DNA from: Candidatus Microgenomatus sp.
GTDB lineage: Bacteria; Patescibacteriota; Minisyncoccia; UBA6257; GWB1-50-10
DNA: 64,000 bases
NCBI GenBank assembly: GCA_020724805.1
Contig: DYGI01000001.1
Span: forward strand, 8,934-72,933
Reading direction: 5' to 3'
How positions within the stretch are numbered: position 1 is the stretch's first letter; each line of letters begins with the position of its first letter. Of this stretch, positions 20,895 to 31,200 are shown piece after piece. A program made the translations under genes and the position numbers. Below the pieces are notes generated by a model. It ran no database searches. It saw only the letters and a program-made list of their open reading frames with translations, and was not told the DNA's origin.

Positions 20895-22625
20895 TTACGC
20901 GGTTTCTCTCATTACCTCTTCCATCGACACGAGACCTTTCAGCGCTTTCAATACACCATCCTGACGTAAGGTTACCATACCTTGACGCTTCGCTTCGTCC
21001 ACGAGCGCCCCTTCGGTGAACGACTTGGTTACGAGGTCGCTCACCTCACGCGTCATGCTGAAAAGTTCGAAGAGTGCCACGCGGCCTGCGGTTCCCTTGC
21101 CGCGACATACCGGACAATTTTCCCTTGGCGCTGCCGTCCAAATGGTATAGGGCGTTTTCATCTTTGCGGAGGTTTTAACCGCAGGAGGGAGCGCCGCGAG
21201 CGTTTCGTCGATAAGATCCGCCACCTCTTTTGGCGCTTTCGTTTCTTTTTTGCACTCCGGGCACAGCCGAAGTATGAGGCGCTGCGCCATCATAAGATTC
21301 AGCGATGAAGAGAGAAGAAAGGGCGGCACCTCGAGATCGATGAGGCGCGGGATAACGCCAATGGCGTTATTGGTATGAATGGTGGAAAGCATCACGTGAC
21401 CAGTTAAAGCGGCGTTCACCGCGAGGTTCGCGGTTTCCGTATCGCGTATCTCACCAACCATGATAACGTCGGGGTCTTGCCGAAGTATCTGACGGAGACC
21501 GGAAGCGAAAGTGTATCCTATTTCCGGATGCACCTGCGACTGGTTCATGCCTTCCACGAAATACTCGACGGGGTCTTCCAAAGACACCATGTTCACCGTT
21601 TCCTTGTTCAAGCGCTGCATCATTCCATAAAGCGTGGTGGTTTTCCCCGACCCAGTAGGACCAGAGATAAGTATCATCCCGAACGGACGTTCCATGGCTC
21701 GCTCCACGGCGGACAGGTGATACGGTTCAAGACCTATTTGGTCCAAACCTTTCATGCCGGTCGCGGGGTCGAGCACGCGAATGGCGACTTTTTCACCCGC
21801 AGGCGTGGGGAACGTGGATACTCGGTAATCGATGTCGCGCCCTCCGATGAGCGTTCGGAAACGACCGTCTTGAGGAATGCGTGTTTCGTCGAGTTTCAAA
21901 CGGGCGAGCACTTTCACGCGTGAGACCACCGGCTGCGCAAGCGAGGGAGGAAGCGAGCTCACCTCCTCGAGACGTCCATCGATGCGCATTCTGATGCGCA
22001 CCCGCGTACGCTGCGGCTCGATATGAATGTCCGAAGCTCCTCCTTCCACCGCGTGACGAAGCGTAGAAGCGACTATTTTAATGATGGGTGCATCTTCGCC
22101 CGCGGTTGCTTCTTCAAGGAGTACACGGTCTTCAGTGTCAGCACTAGCGCCACGACTAATTTCTTTCACCGCGGATTCCACTTCGGTGCGGTACGGCGCG
22201 TAGCGACGCCACGCGGCGTTCAAGGTAGACGGCGTTATAAGATAAACACCTAAACTCACTCCCTCACGTTTTGCAATGAACCGGAGCGCTTCCTGTGCGC
22301 GAGGATCGTCGGGCCGCAGCATGCCGACCACCAACATATTCTTCTCTCGCCCCACCGGCATCACCCGGTAAGTAAGCGAGGTTTCACGCGGAATAGCCTT
22401 GAAAAGATCATCGGGAATTGCCGCGACATCCACGGCACGATACGGTACCCCCAAAAGTTCCGACTTTACCGCCGCCACTTCCTCTTCCGAAACAGAACGG
22501 CGCGCATAGAGCGCGTCTTCAAGTGAGGTGCCGCCGAAACGGGTCGTCTTTTCAAGCTCGGCCTTCTCAGCGTCGCGAAGAACCCCCTTTGAAACGAGTG
22601 CTTGTACAAGTTCCTGATCGGTCAT
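20895..22625 (-). CDS. pilB: type IV pilus assembly ATPase PilB/GspE
   Basis: N-terminal GspII domain, Walker A GPTGSGKT, tetracysteine CPEC...CPVC; track ORF starts at TTG 22637, ATG at 22625 preferred. Confidence 0.85.
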   Translation of the reverse strand: MTDQELVQALVSKGVLRDAEKAELEKTTRFGGTSLEDALYARRSVSEEEVAAVKSELLGVPYRAVDVAAIPDDLFKAIPRETSLTYRVMPVGREKNMLVVGMLRPDDPRAQEALRFIAKREGVSLGVYLITPSTLNAAWRRYAPYRTEVESAVKEISRGASADTEDRVLLEEATAGEDAPIIKIVASTLRHAVEGGASDIHIEPQRTRVRIRMRIDGRLEEVSSLPPSLAQPVVSRVKVLARLKLDETRIPQDGRFRTLIGGRDIDYRVSTFPTPAGEKVAIRVLDPATGMKGLDQIGLEPYHLSAVERAMERPFGMILISGPTGSGKTTTLYGMMQRLNKETVNMVSLEDPVEYFVEGMNQSQVHPEIGYTFASGLRQILRQDPDVIMVGEIRDTETANLAVNAALTGHVMLSTIHTNNAIGVIPRLIDLEVPPFLLSSSLNLMMAQRLILRLCPECKKETKAPKEVADLIDETLAALPPAVKTSAKMKTPYTIWTAAPRENCPVCRGKGTAGRVALFELFSMTREVSDLVTKSFTEGALVDEAKRQGMVTLRQDGVLKALKGLVSMEEVMRETA

Positions 22626-22649
22626 TGTAATAGACAAATAACTGATGGT

Positions 22650-22721
22650 TGGTGACGAGCGACATATATTCCAACGCTAATCTTTGAGTCACTCGTCATT
22701 AGTTACTAGTCACTAGTTGTT
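22650..22721 (-). promoter_or_regulatory. putative operator/promoter upstream of pil operon
   Basis: Inverted repeat gtgacgag...ctcgtca plus TAGTnnnTAGTnnnTAGT periodic motif upstream of pilB. Confidence 0.3.
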
Positions 22722-23009
22722 TTAGAGCGCGAACGGGTTTGCCTTGCCGGTACGAGGCGAGGGTGCCGTGCCCGCAAAATCGCGAAGCCCTTGGAATATT
22801 GGGGAATCCACTACCTCGCGGGGATTGAACCGCACTGAAGAAATGGCGCGGAGTCTTTCGAGTTCTGCGGGCGCCACCACATCGATGAGCTCGGGCTGTT
22901 TGAAAAAGAGGTAATACCCACCGAAAAACACGACGGCGAGAAATACCACAACCGAAAGTATGGTAATCCAATTTGCCTTCTTCTTTTCCTGTTCGACAAC
23001 AATAGCCAT
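22722..23009 (-). CDS. hypothetical single-pass membrane protein (pilus cluster)
   Basis: 95 aa with one TM helix, sits between pilO and pilB where pilP/pilQ would lie in diderms. Confidence 0.35.
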   Translation of the reverse strand: MAIVVEQEKKKANWITILSVVVFLAVVFFGGYYLFFKQPELIDVVAPAELERLRAISSVRFNPREVVDSPIFQGLRDFAGTAPSPRTGKANPFAL

Positions 23010-23073
23010 AAATTAAATCAAAGTGTAAAAATCAAAATGAAAAACTTTCATATTTCCATTCTTCATTTTCCAT

Positions 23074-23643
23074 TTACTCTTGGTAGTACATCTCGACCTC
23101 AAGTAAGAGCGTATCACCAAAATTGCCGGCGCCGCGCGGAGAGTAACTCATATCCGTTACATTTGCCACGCGCACGCTTGTTTCTAAAAGTTTCACAAAT
23201 TGTTTCAGATTTGCGTACGGTCCCTCCGCGCGCACTTTTACCTCAAGCGTACGGAGCCTCTGTACCACCGAGGTTGCGCCCGGCGCATTGCGCGAGCTTG
23301 GAGTTGGCGTAGAAAAATCGAGTCCGGTAATTATCACTCCCGCGGTCCTGCCAATCGCTTCTATCTGGCGAAGCGCGGAAATGGAAGAAGCTCCATCGGG
23401 AATTGCGCGGTTTACGGTTCCTTGGAGTTGTGAGAAGTTTTTGAACTCGTTCAGAAGATCTTTTACTTGGTTCACTGCTTGCTCCTGGTTCGCAAAAAGG
23501 GCCTCTTTCGACGCGAGAATGCTTCTCACCTCTCCCACGGCGGTCATTTCTCCCCTGATGAGCCCGAGATAGACAAAAAACGCGCCCAAAAGGAATATGA
23601 GACCGACGAGAATGGAAAGAACTCTTTTTGTGGATACTCGCAT
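23074..23643 (-). CDS. pilO: PilO-like pilus assembly protein
   Basis: 189 aa, N-terminal TM, coiled coil, position after pilN. Confidence 0.5.
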   Translation of the reverse strand: MRVSTKRVLSILVGLIFLLGAFFVYLGLIRGEMTAVGEVRSILASKEALFANQEQAVNQVKDLLNEFKNFSQLQGTVNRAIPDGASSISALRQIEAIGRTAGVIITGLDFSTPTPSSRNAPGATSVVQRLRTLEVKVRAEGPYANLKQFVKLLETSVRVANVTDMSYSPRGAGNFGDTLLLEVEMYYQE

Positions 23644-23651
23644 AGTTTGAA

Positions 23652-24227
23652 TTACAGTGTGGGTCGCTCGAAAAATGAATCGCGAAATATAATGGTGAAT
23701 GAAAATGTGGTTCTCGCCGCGGCATTGGTATCACGGAGAAGCACTTTATTCACCTCGGGCGCCGCTTCGAACGCGGCAAGCTGTTCACCTACGGCCGCAA
23801 GAGACGGCGCGTCACCGCGAAGCGAAAGTATTAACTCTTCTGCATTCAAGCCCGCCTCGGTGAACTGCACCTCGGGAAGGGTGTACTTCTCGAGAAATGA
23901 GAACGTGTTCCCGGCATATCCGTGGCGGTCAAGGACGGATTTTAAATTCACGATCTGCGAGTAAAATCCTACAAATTGGTCCTGCTCGGTTGCGGTCACT
24001 TCGCTCGTAAGCGCTGCAATCGCCGCATCCACGTCCGCAATGCGGTCCTCAAGGTACGATGAATACCCAAGTCGAATGCCAAAATATACAAGAATGGAAA
24101 ATGCGAAGAGCGCAATGGAAAACACGAGAAGCCTCCACGGCCACCCGACCGGGAGCCGCTCGGATACGAATTGTTCCGCCACCGTGTTCTCGGGAGCGCC
24201 GCCCATTTGGTTGATACCGTTCGTCAT
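23652..24227 (-). CDS. pilN: PilN-like pilus assembly protein
   Basis: 191 aa, N-terminal TM, position after pilM. Confidence 0.5.
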   Translation of the reverse strand: MTNGINQMGGAPENTVAEQFVSERLPVGWPWRLLVFSIALFAFSILVYFGIRLGYSSYLEDRIADVDAAIAALTSEVTATEQDQFVGFYSQIVNLKSVLDRHGYAGNTFSFLEKYTLPEVQFTEAGLNAEELILSLRGDAPSLAAVGEQLAAFEAAPEVNKVLLRDTNAAARTTFSFTIIFRDSFFERPTL

Positions 24228-25336
24228 GATATGGGTAATGAATAAGGTTTGAGCGCAAGGCCAGCGGCAACGGCAAGTTCGTGGCTTAGGGTACGCATTG
24301 CGGGCTCCAATCCTTCGCTATACCGCACCTTCGCAAATGGCCTCGCCGCTTCGTGAGGAATTTTAAGCGCTTCGGCGCAGTATCGCTCGATGCCGAGGAG
24401 ATTTGCTCCTCCCCCCACCAACGTGAAACGTTCCACCGGATGCCCGAACGTGCGCTCATAACTTGCGCGCACGCGCTCACACTCACGTATTATAACATCC
24501 AAAAAAGGCAGAAGTGAGGTGGATAACTCAAATTCTCCCTCACTCACCATGAGTCCGCGACGACGTTTCAATTCCTCCGCGCGCCACGATGACACCCCAA
24601 GATTCCGCGCGATTGCCTGCGTTAAAGTTACCGCACCGTAATCAGCTTGGCCTACCGTACGCACCGTAGTGCCTTCGGTAACCACAATCGAGGTTGATTC
24701 GGCGCCAATGTCCACAATCATCATGTGACGGCTCGCGGGCGTGGTAATCGCACGCGCAAGAGCCGTATGCTCCACCTCCAATGCCTCGAGTGTGAGGCCT
24801 GCAGCGTGAAAGAGCTCACGATAGGTTTTTACAAGCTCATTCGGTACCGCAACAAGAAGAATGCGTTGGAATTTCCTTCCTTGTTCGTTCTCATACTCTC
24901 CGACTTTTTCCCACTCAAAGGTCACTTCTTTGACGGGCATCGGAATGAATCGTTGCGCTTGAAACCCGATGGATTTTTCGGTCTCCTCGCGCGTCATGAA
25001 TGGCATCTCAATAGGCACCGCGAATGAGGCAAACGCGGGCACGGACGCGATAACGCGCTTTGCTTTTGGCTTCACTTCGTTCAAAAGCGTTTCGAGGAGC
25101 GGCGCGGCGTCGCGTGCCGAGAGTTTTAATGAGCTCGATTGAACAACCGCGTTCGGACGCCGGAGATATTCCTTCGTAGAAAGAAGTCCATAGTTCTCAA
25201 GCGAAACAACGTCCCCCTTTCGCGAGAGCTCCACAAGCTTCAGCGACACCGTGCCGACATCCACTCCGAGCACGCGCCCAAAAGAAAAGAAATTCCTGAT
25301 ATCGGTGAAAAAATCCTTAACAAAACCAAGGTTCAT
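24224..25336 (-). CDS. pilM: type IV pilus assembly protein PilM (actin-like ATPase fold)
   Basis: 370 aa; LGVDVGTVSLKLVEL N-terminal actin-fold motif. Confidence 0.8.
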   Translation of the reverse strand: MNLGFVKDFFTDIRNFFSFGRVLGVDVGTVSLKLVELSRKGDVVSLENYGLLSTKEYLRRPNAVVQSSSLKLSARDAAPLLETLLNEVKPKAKRVIASVPAFASFAVPIEMPFMTREETEKSIGFQAQRFIPMPVKEVTFEWEKVGEYENEQGRKFQRILLVAVPNELVKTYRELFHAAGLTLEALEVEHTALARAITTPASRHMMIVDIGAESTSIVVTEGTTVRTVGQADYGAVTLTQAIARNLGVSSWRAEELKRRRGLMVSEGEFELSTSLLPFLDVIIRECERVRASYERTFGHPVERFTLVGGGANLLGIERYCAEALKIPHEAARPFAKVRYSEGLEPAMRTLSHELAVAAGLALKPYSLPIS

Positions 25337-25375
25337 CCCGCTTATTCTAACACGGTCGCGGTACTATATATATGT

Positions 25376-26053
25376 ATGTATGCGCTCATCCGCTTCGTAC
25401 AAAGTATCCTCTTTCCTCCGCGCTGCCTTTCTTGCGCGTTCCTCATTCCTCCCGAACCAAACGCCGCGATCTGCGCCAAGTGTCTTTCCCATATCCCAAT
25501 CCATGGAATACGCGTAGCGGCACCCCACGCGAAATATACGCTGATCGCCGCTACTTCATATGCGTCGAAGGAGGCTCAAACGCTGGTGAAAGCGTTGAAA
25601 TATGAGGGAATTTCCGCCGCCGCATCCGCAATGGCACTCGTTATTATGGCCGCCGCGCGCGAAACGCTGGAACAGGAACTTCTCACGAGAAATGGGTGGG
25701 TTATGGTCCCTATACCGCTTCACAAAAAGCGGGAATGGAAACGCGGATTTAACCAAAGTATGCTAATCGCTGAAGCCCTTTCTCATCACGACCCCCTGCG
25801 CCCCATTCCGATTGTGTCCGCACTTACGCGGGCGCGGCATACCGACACGCAGACCGAGAAACCAGATTACAAAACGCGGCGCGCGAATGTGGAAAACTGT
25901 TTTGAGGCGGCTTCCTTAAATGCCATATCCGGGAAAAAAATTCTTCTTATAGACGATGTCGCTACGTCCGGCGCAACCCTCGAGGAGGCTGCACGCGCCT
26001 TAAAATGCGCCGGCGCCCACCACATTACCGCCCTCGTTTTCGCAAAAGCATGA
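25376..26053 (+). CDS. comFC: ComF family phosphoribosyltransferase (competence protein ComFC)
   Basis: N-terminal FPPRCLSC...C zinc finger, C-terminal PRTase motif ILLIDDVATSGATL; start moved to ATG after pilM. Confidence 0.75.
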   Translation: MYALIRFVQSILFPPRCLSCAFLIPPEPNAAICAKCLSHIPIHGIRVAAPHAKYTLIAATSYASKEAQTLVKALKYEGISAAASAMALVIMAAARETLEQELLTRNGWVMVPIPLHKKREWKRGFNQSMLIAEALSHHDPLRPIPIVSALTRARHTDTQTEKPDYKTRRANVENCFEAASLNAISGKKILLIDDVATSGATLEEAARALKCAGAHHITALVFAKA

Positions 26054-26216
26054 ATGGAAGCGGGCCAGATATGTGCCTCCCTTCTTTCATCACTCGCGGA
26101 TTGTTATATTTCTATAACAATAGCAGACCACCATTCTTGGACTAGCCAATAATCCGCACATTTCTTAGGAAAAGATTACGGCTCTTTCCCTTTTGTTTTT
26201 TGGGTATACTTTTAAT

Positions 26217-26726
26217 ATGAAAAATACTCGCCTCGCAAAATCAATCGCGCAAATGGCGAAAATTGAGCAACGGGCGCGGCGACTTGCAACTCCCCACAAA
26301 AAAGGATTGGAGAGTCTTCTGGTGTACACTATCGATGGAATTCATAACCGTTATATCCATCAGATAATTGACGAGTATGGATACCCAACAGAAAAAAGCG
26401 TCGGGAAGGAGGGGATGAAAAAGTTCTGGCTCTTGGTGCAACACCAAGATTCCGACGTGACGCTTCAAAAAGCCTGTTTGAGAAAATGCGACTTTGCACC
26501 AAAGGAGAAGGCATATCTCATCGACCGGGTTCTTGTGAACACGGGTAAGAAACAGAGATATGGAACCCAGATGAGGCGGACGATAAATGGGTCTCTTGCC
26601 CCTCGCACAATCACGCAAAAGAAAGGGGTTGATGCGCGACGAAAAAGTGTGGGACTTGGAACACTTGAAAAGTATATACGTCTCGCAAACAAGCGATTTG
26701 GTAAGAAAATCAGAAAGAAAAATTAA
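26217..26726 (+). CDS. hypothetical protein
   Basis: ~170-aa ORF, no family recognised. Confidence 0.4.
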   Translation: MKNTRLAKSIAQMAKIEQRARRLATPHKKGLESLLVYTIDGIHNRYIHQIIDEYGYPTEKSVGKEGMKKFWLLVQHQDSDVTLQKACLRKCDFAPKEKAYLIDRVLVNTGKKQRYGTQMRRTINGSLAPRTITQKKGVDARRKSVGLGTLEKYIRLANKRFGKKIRKKN

Positions 26727-26755
26727 AGAGCCAATTGCGCGCGCAATTGGCTCTT
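26727..26755. terminator. palindromic hairpin terminator between convergent genes
   Basis: Perfect palindrome aagagccaattgcgc|gcgcaattggctctt. Confidence 0.5.
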
Positions 26756-26758
26756 CGA

Positions 26759-28036
26759 TTACTTCATGAGCACCATCTTCTTCGTCGCTACGAAGTTTTT
26801 GGCTTCGAGGCGGGCAAAGTAGATGCCGGAGGGAAGGTTCGTCGCGTCCCACGTTGTTTTGTGGGTGCCGGCGGCAACCTCTTCCGCGGCCAAGGTCGCG
26901 ACTTCCTGACCGAGGACATTCACCACCGTGACGGTAATGAACGCTCGTTCGGGAATCGTGAACTGGATGGTCGTGGTCGGATTGAAGGGGTTCGGGTAGT
27001 TTTGATACAACTGGTAACTCGTCACCTGCGACGCGTCACCAATTTGTTCCACCCCGGTCGTGCCCGAGAACTTCAGGAGCCAAAGTCCGTCGCTCGTGCC
27101 GACATACACCTCATCCGAATCGGCTACGAAAATAGACCAGACACTATAATTCGAGAGACCGCAGTACTCCCACGTCGTCCCACGATCGCTCGAACGATAC
27201 ACTCCCCCGGGAGAAAACCCCGCGTAGAGATTTCCATCTTGATTCGCGGTGAGATCACCGACGTAGCGCGGAAGAACTCTTTCTCCAACGCGCTCCCAGC
27301 TTTCTCCTCCGTTTGTTGAACGGTGGATGCCGGTACCGGCGTAGTCGTCGCCGGTGTAGAGCGTGCCGTCGAAAGTGACGATCTCCGAAACTTTCCGCGT
27401 CGCGGGGAAACCGTTGTTCTTATAAACCCAGGTCTTCCCTGAGTCGGAAGAAAAAAGGACTCCCTGACCCATTGCCGCCACGAAAAGATTTCCATTCTTT
27501 TCCTTCACCACACCGGAGATGTAAGGGGTAGGGGTATGAAGCCCTTCCCACGTCGCACCTCCGTTGTAGGAGCGGAAAAGATCGTCGCCGTACGCGTTCG
27601 CGTAGAGCGTATCTCCAAACACCAAGATATCGCCCACCCACGCATCGCTCGGCAACCCGTTCGGCAACCGCGTCCATGTATCGCCGTTATCGCTCGAAAC
27701 CGCTACGCCTTGAGTGTGAAAACCGGCGTAAAGCTTCTGGGAAGAACAAAGCGACAGCTCGTACACCCGCTTTTCGGGTGTTATAAGCTGGGACCACGTT
27801 GTTCCGCGGTCAACAGAACGGTAGATCGCGGAATCGGTCGTCCCTGTGAAGAGATGGCCGCTCGCGTTCTTTGCGATGGACGTCACCGTCACATTCTTGC
27901 CGGTCACTTCGAAAGAAAGTGAACGCGGCCAGGGACGTTCGATCGTCACTTTCGCGTCCCTCAACTCCTGCGCCCGCACCGAAAAGGCGGGCACGATGCT
28001 CACAACTGCGAGCAAGAACATCATGAGCCTTTTCAT
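26759..28036 (-). CDS. BNR-repeat beta-propeller protein with T9SS-type (Por_Secre_tail-like) C-terminal sorting domain
   Basis: Signal peptide; six S-x-D-x-G-x-T-W BNR repeats; C-terminal ~80 aa (YQNYPNPFNPTTTIQFTIP...GIYFARLEAKNFVATKKMVLMK) matches the T9SS type A CTD pattern. Confidence 0.65.
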   Translation of the reverse strand: MKRLMMFLLAVVSIVPAFSVRAQELRDAKVTIERPWPRSLSFEVTGKNVTVTSIAKNASGHLFTGTTDSAIYRSVDRGTTWSQLITPEKRVYELSLCSSQKLYAGFHTQGVAVSSDNGDTWTRLPNGLPSDAWVGDILVFGDTLYANAYGDDLFRSYNGGATWEGLHTPTPYISGVVKEKNGNLFVAAMGQGVLFSSDSGKTWVYKNNGFPATRKVSEIVTFDGTLYTGDDYAGTGIHRSTNGGESWERVGERVLPRYVGDLTANQDGNLYAGFSPGGVYRSSDRGTTWEYCGLSNYSVWSIFVADSDEVYVGTSDGLWLLKFSGTTGVEQIGDASQVTSYQLYQNYPNPFNPTTTIQFTIPERAFITVTVVNVLGQEVATLAAEEVAAGTHKTTWDATNLPSGIYFARLEAKNFVATKKMVLMK

Positions 28037-28161
28037 ACATCCTCCAATCAGTTATATAGTTGGTAAATCAGTCAGTGGTTTATTCTGAGAGTATTATACC
28101 ACGAAAAATGCTCAGAAGTCAAATTACATCAGTGTATGACCCGCGTGTCAAGCATTACATA

Positions 28162-28192
28162 TGAAAAGCCGCTCAGTGAGCGGCCTTTTGCG
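28162..28192 (-). terminator. rho-independent terminator after giant surface-protein gene
   Basis: Hairpin aaaagccgctca-gtgagcggcctttt with T-runs. Confidence 0.55.
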
Positions 28193-28203
28193 ACCTATCT
28201 ATC

Positions 28204-31200
28204 TCACCGTTCTTCGAAGAACTGGCGAGAGGTGTGTGTGTCGCGGCAATCGTTGTTGTTCCGACATTGGCCATATCCTTCGAACCTTGCACCGTCTTTC
28301 ACCTGGCGAGGGTCATAGGTATTGTTCGGACCACCGGGCGGAACTACGACACGCGTGCCGCTCACGCTGTCGCAGAAGCTGTTTCTGGTACAGATACGGA
28401 GACCACTGAAAGAGGTTGGGGTTCCTCCGCTCGGGAGCGTCTTCCCCGCGCCCTCAAGCGCATAGGCGGTTTCTCCTCCAGTATAGACCGCCTTCACACG
28501 GTACACGTACACAGTGTTCGGCTCGAGCCCGGTGTCGCGGAGAACGGACGGGTACTGCGCGGGGCTCAAGGGAGGGCGTACATGCCTCGCAAAATATGCA
28601 TCAATATCGATGGGACCTCCGCCCGGCACGTTCGCAATCTCGATCCTTGCAAATACGGTGGCCACCTTTGTCGCTATGTCTTGAAACTTTGTGAATGCAC
28701 TACGGAAGACGTCGGCTATTTTCTCCGCCATATAGGTCACGCCGGTAATTCCACCGTGTATTTTTGCGTAGAAGTTATCAAGTGGAGATTTTTGGGCAGA
28801 TGAAGTGACAAACGCTACCGTGTAAGAAAGTGATCCTTCTGGAGGCAAGATGCCGCTTGAAATGCTCATGTTCCCCGGCGATCCACCGCCACTGTTTCCG
28901 GCCGAGTTTGACCATGAAATTTGGGAGAAGCTTCCTCCAGGAGGAGCGCCGGAGTTATAGTAAAAGAAATACCTCCCTTCTTCGGCTCCCGTAATGCTCC
29001 AAGGAACATTCTTGGTGCCCGGTCCAACCAGAATGGATTCGGAGAAGAAGCTCTCGATTGCGAAATTGAAGCTTGTTTCGACCGGACTTCCGTTCAAGGT
29101 TGCGGCCACGTTCACTGTGCCTCCTCCACCGCCTCCCACCGTCGCAAAGTTTGCGGTAACCGTGGCGTCCGCGCCGATGGTAAAGGCACAGGTTGCATTC
29201 GCCGGATTGGCACATTGGCCGCCGGTCCAACTTGAGAACGTGTACCCGGTCGCGGGCGCCGCAGTCAACGATACGGGGTCACCACTTGCCAATTCCGCCG
29301 CACACGTCGTGCCGCAGTTTATCCCATTGCCCGTGATGGTCCCTCCGGCACTCGGGGATTTTACGACCGAAAGCGTCACGTTAGTAGTTACGCTCACGCT
29401 ATTCGAGTTTGCGGAATATATTCTCGTAGTGGGGACGTTCGGATCAAAACGATACGCGCGCACTTCGTATGAATACGTAGTGCCGCTTGAGAGCCCGGAG
29501 TCGGCGTAGGTGACGGTCCTTCCCTTGCCTGCCGAAGGATTGGTGAAATCGTGGGCCAACGTACCGTTACGGAGAAGTTCAAATCCGTTTTCACCGCCGG
29601 AATTATCTCTAAACGAGAGGGATACCGATCCCGTTTCTATACTTGTCCATTGGAGATTTGAAGGTGTGGCTGGTTTTGTTGAAGCTCTCGCAGTCGTGGA
29701 ATACCCGCCGCACACCGTTGTCTCAGGATCGCCGCTCTCGACGCGCGGGTCGCTCCCCTTGAGGAGATTCACGCGAATGAAGGAGCATGCACGGGTACGG
29801 ACTGTGTACGTCGTGCCCTCTTCAAGCCCTCCCATACTCCATGCGTACGTATTAATGTCGCTCTCAGGATCCGTATCCTCGGGGAATGCCTGATTTACCT
29901 CCGAGAACGAAGGGTCATAGTCGTGCGTCCGGGGCTCGTAAACGCCATCGCCATCGACGTCCGCGAAGGGAGTGCTTGAGGTGCTCCGCTCGAACGAGTG
30001 ATAGAAGGGACCCATTTCGTTCTCGCGGTTCGAGTCGTTCCGCCAAGTGAGTCTCAAGGATGAGTCGCTTTCGGTTGCCACCCGCGGGTCGAGGAGGGAC
30101 GAGTCGCGTGGCGTCACCTTAATACGCTCGACAACGAAGGAGTGTTCCCTTATGGCGTTGTCTTTCCAGTTCACGTAGAGTTCACGGTCGCTCACGGGCC
30201 ACACATTGAGAAGGGATGGCGCATCGGAAGACTCGACGGCGGTGGAACACCTCTGAGCATTGCTCTGGACGCTTCCCGAGGTCATTAGGTAATAGTACGT
30301 GCCGGGCACAAGATTTATGTTTTGGTAGAAGCCGCTTCCGTTTGCGAGCTCCGGAGACGACGCTACCAGCGTCCGGCTCCCGCCAAGCACTCCCGATTCG
30401 GTGTTGCTGCGGTAAAGAGAAAGCGTGTGCGCTCCGGAAATATTCTCCCACCAACCTACGGTGATGGCGGAAGTGGTGCGACTGGAACAATTGAGAATGA
30501 TTCGTGGAAGGTCTTCCGGTTGCGTTTGCCCAGCTTTAATCACGGACTCCGCCACTTCACTTGATTTGGTCGCGCGGAGGAAAAATCCATATGTGGAATT
30601 CGAGGCAAGATTTGGTACCACAACATTATCTACAACTCCTTGTGTTTTTGCGGACGGAACAATAACTCCACTGTTTAACTCAAAGTTGACCCTTTCTACG
30701 CCTTCAGGGTTCGTGCTTTTTGTTTGCCAAAGTTCTACCTCGTCATAATCGACCGGGTTCTTGAATTCTAAGGTGAGCGACGTTCCCGTGGGATTGATAT
30801 TTGCGCTCCTAAGATCCGGCGCCGGAAGCCCAGAGAACATGATCCATCCTACACCGTCACCGCCCCACGCCTCTCCTGTGAGCACTTTATTGGTTGGGCT
30901 CCACTGAGCAGTTTCGTATTTCAATCCGTATGTAGGCTCCCCCGGTCTGGTTGATAAACTCACCCACGTTCCCGTACCGAGCTTTGCCCACCCCGAAACC
31001 GCGCCATCCGCAGTATTGAAACGCGCTTCACACGGAGCCGCGGGGCATCCCGTCAAATCTCCCGCGTTAAACGAAAGCCAGCCGGCATACGGATTCCATG
31101 CGGAACCGGAAAGCTGACCGGAGTCCTCGTCCGCCAAAATACCGTAGCCGATGGAGTCCGCCGACCGCGTGGCGTCTCCCCACGCGGACGCGATGGCATC

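Noticed and set aside
25139-25375. 5' extension of comF ORF overlapping pilM on the opposite strand
   Set aside because: The ComF N-terminal zinc-finger motif starts at the ATG at 25376, just past the pilM start; the upstream part is antisense to pilM.
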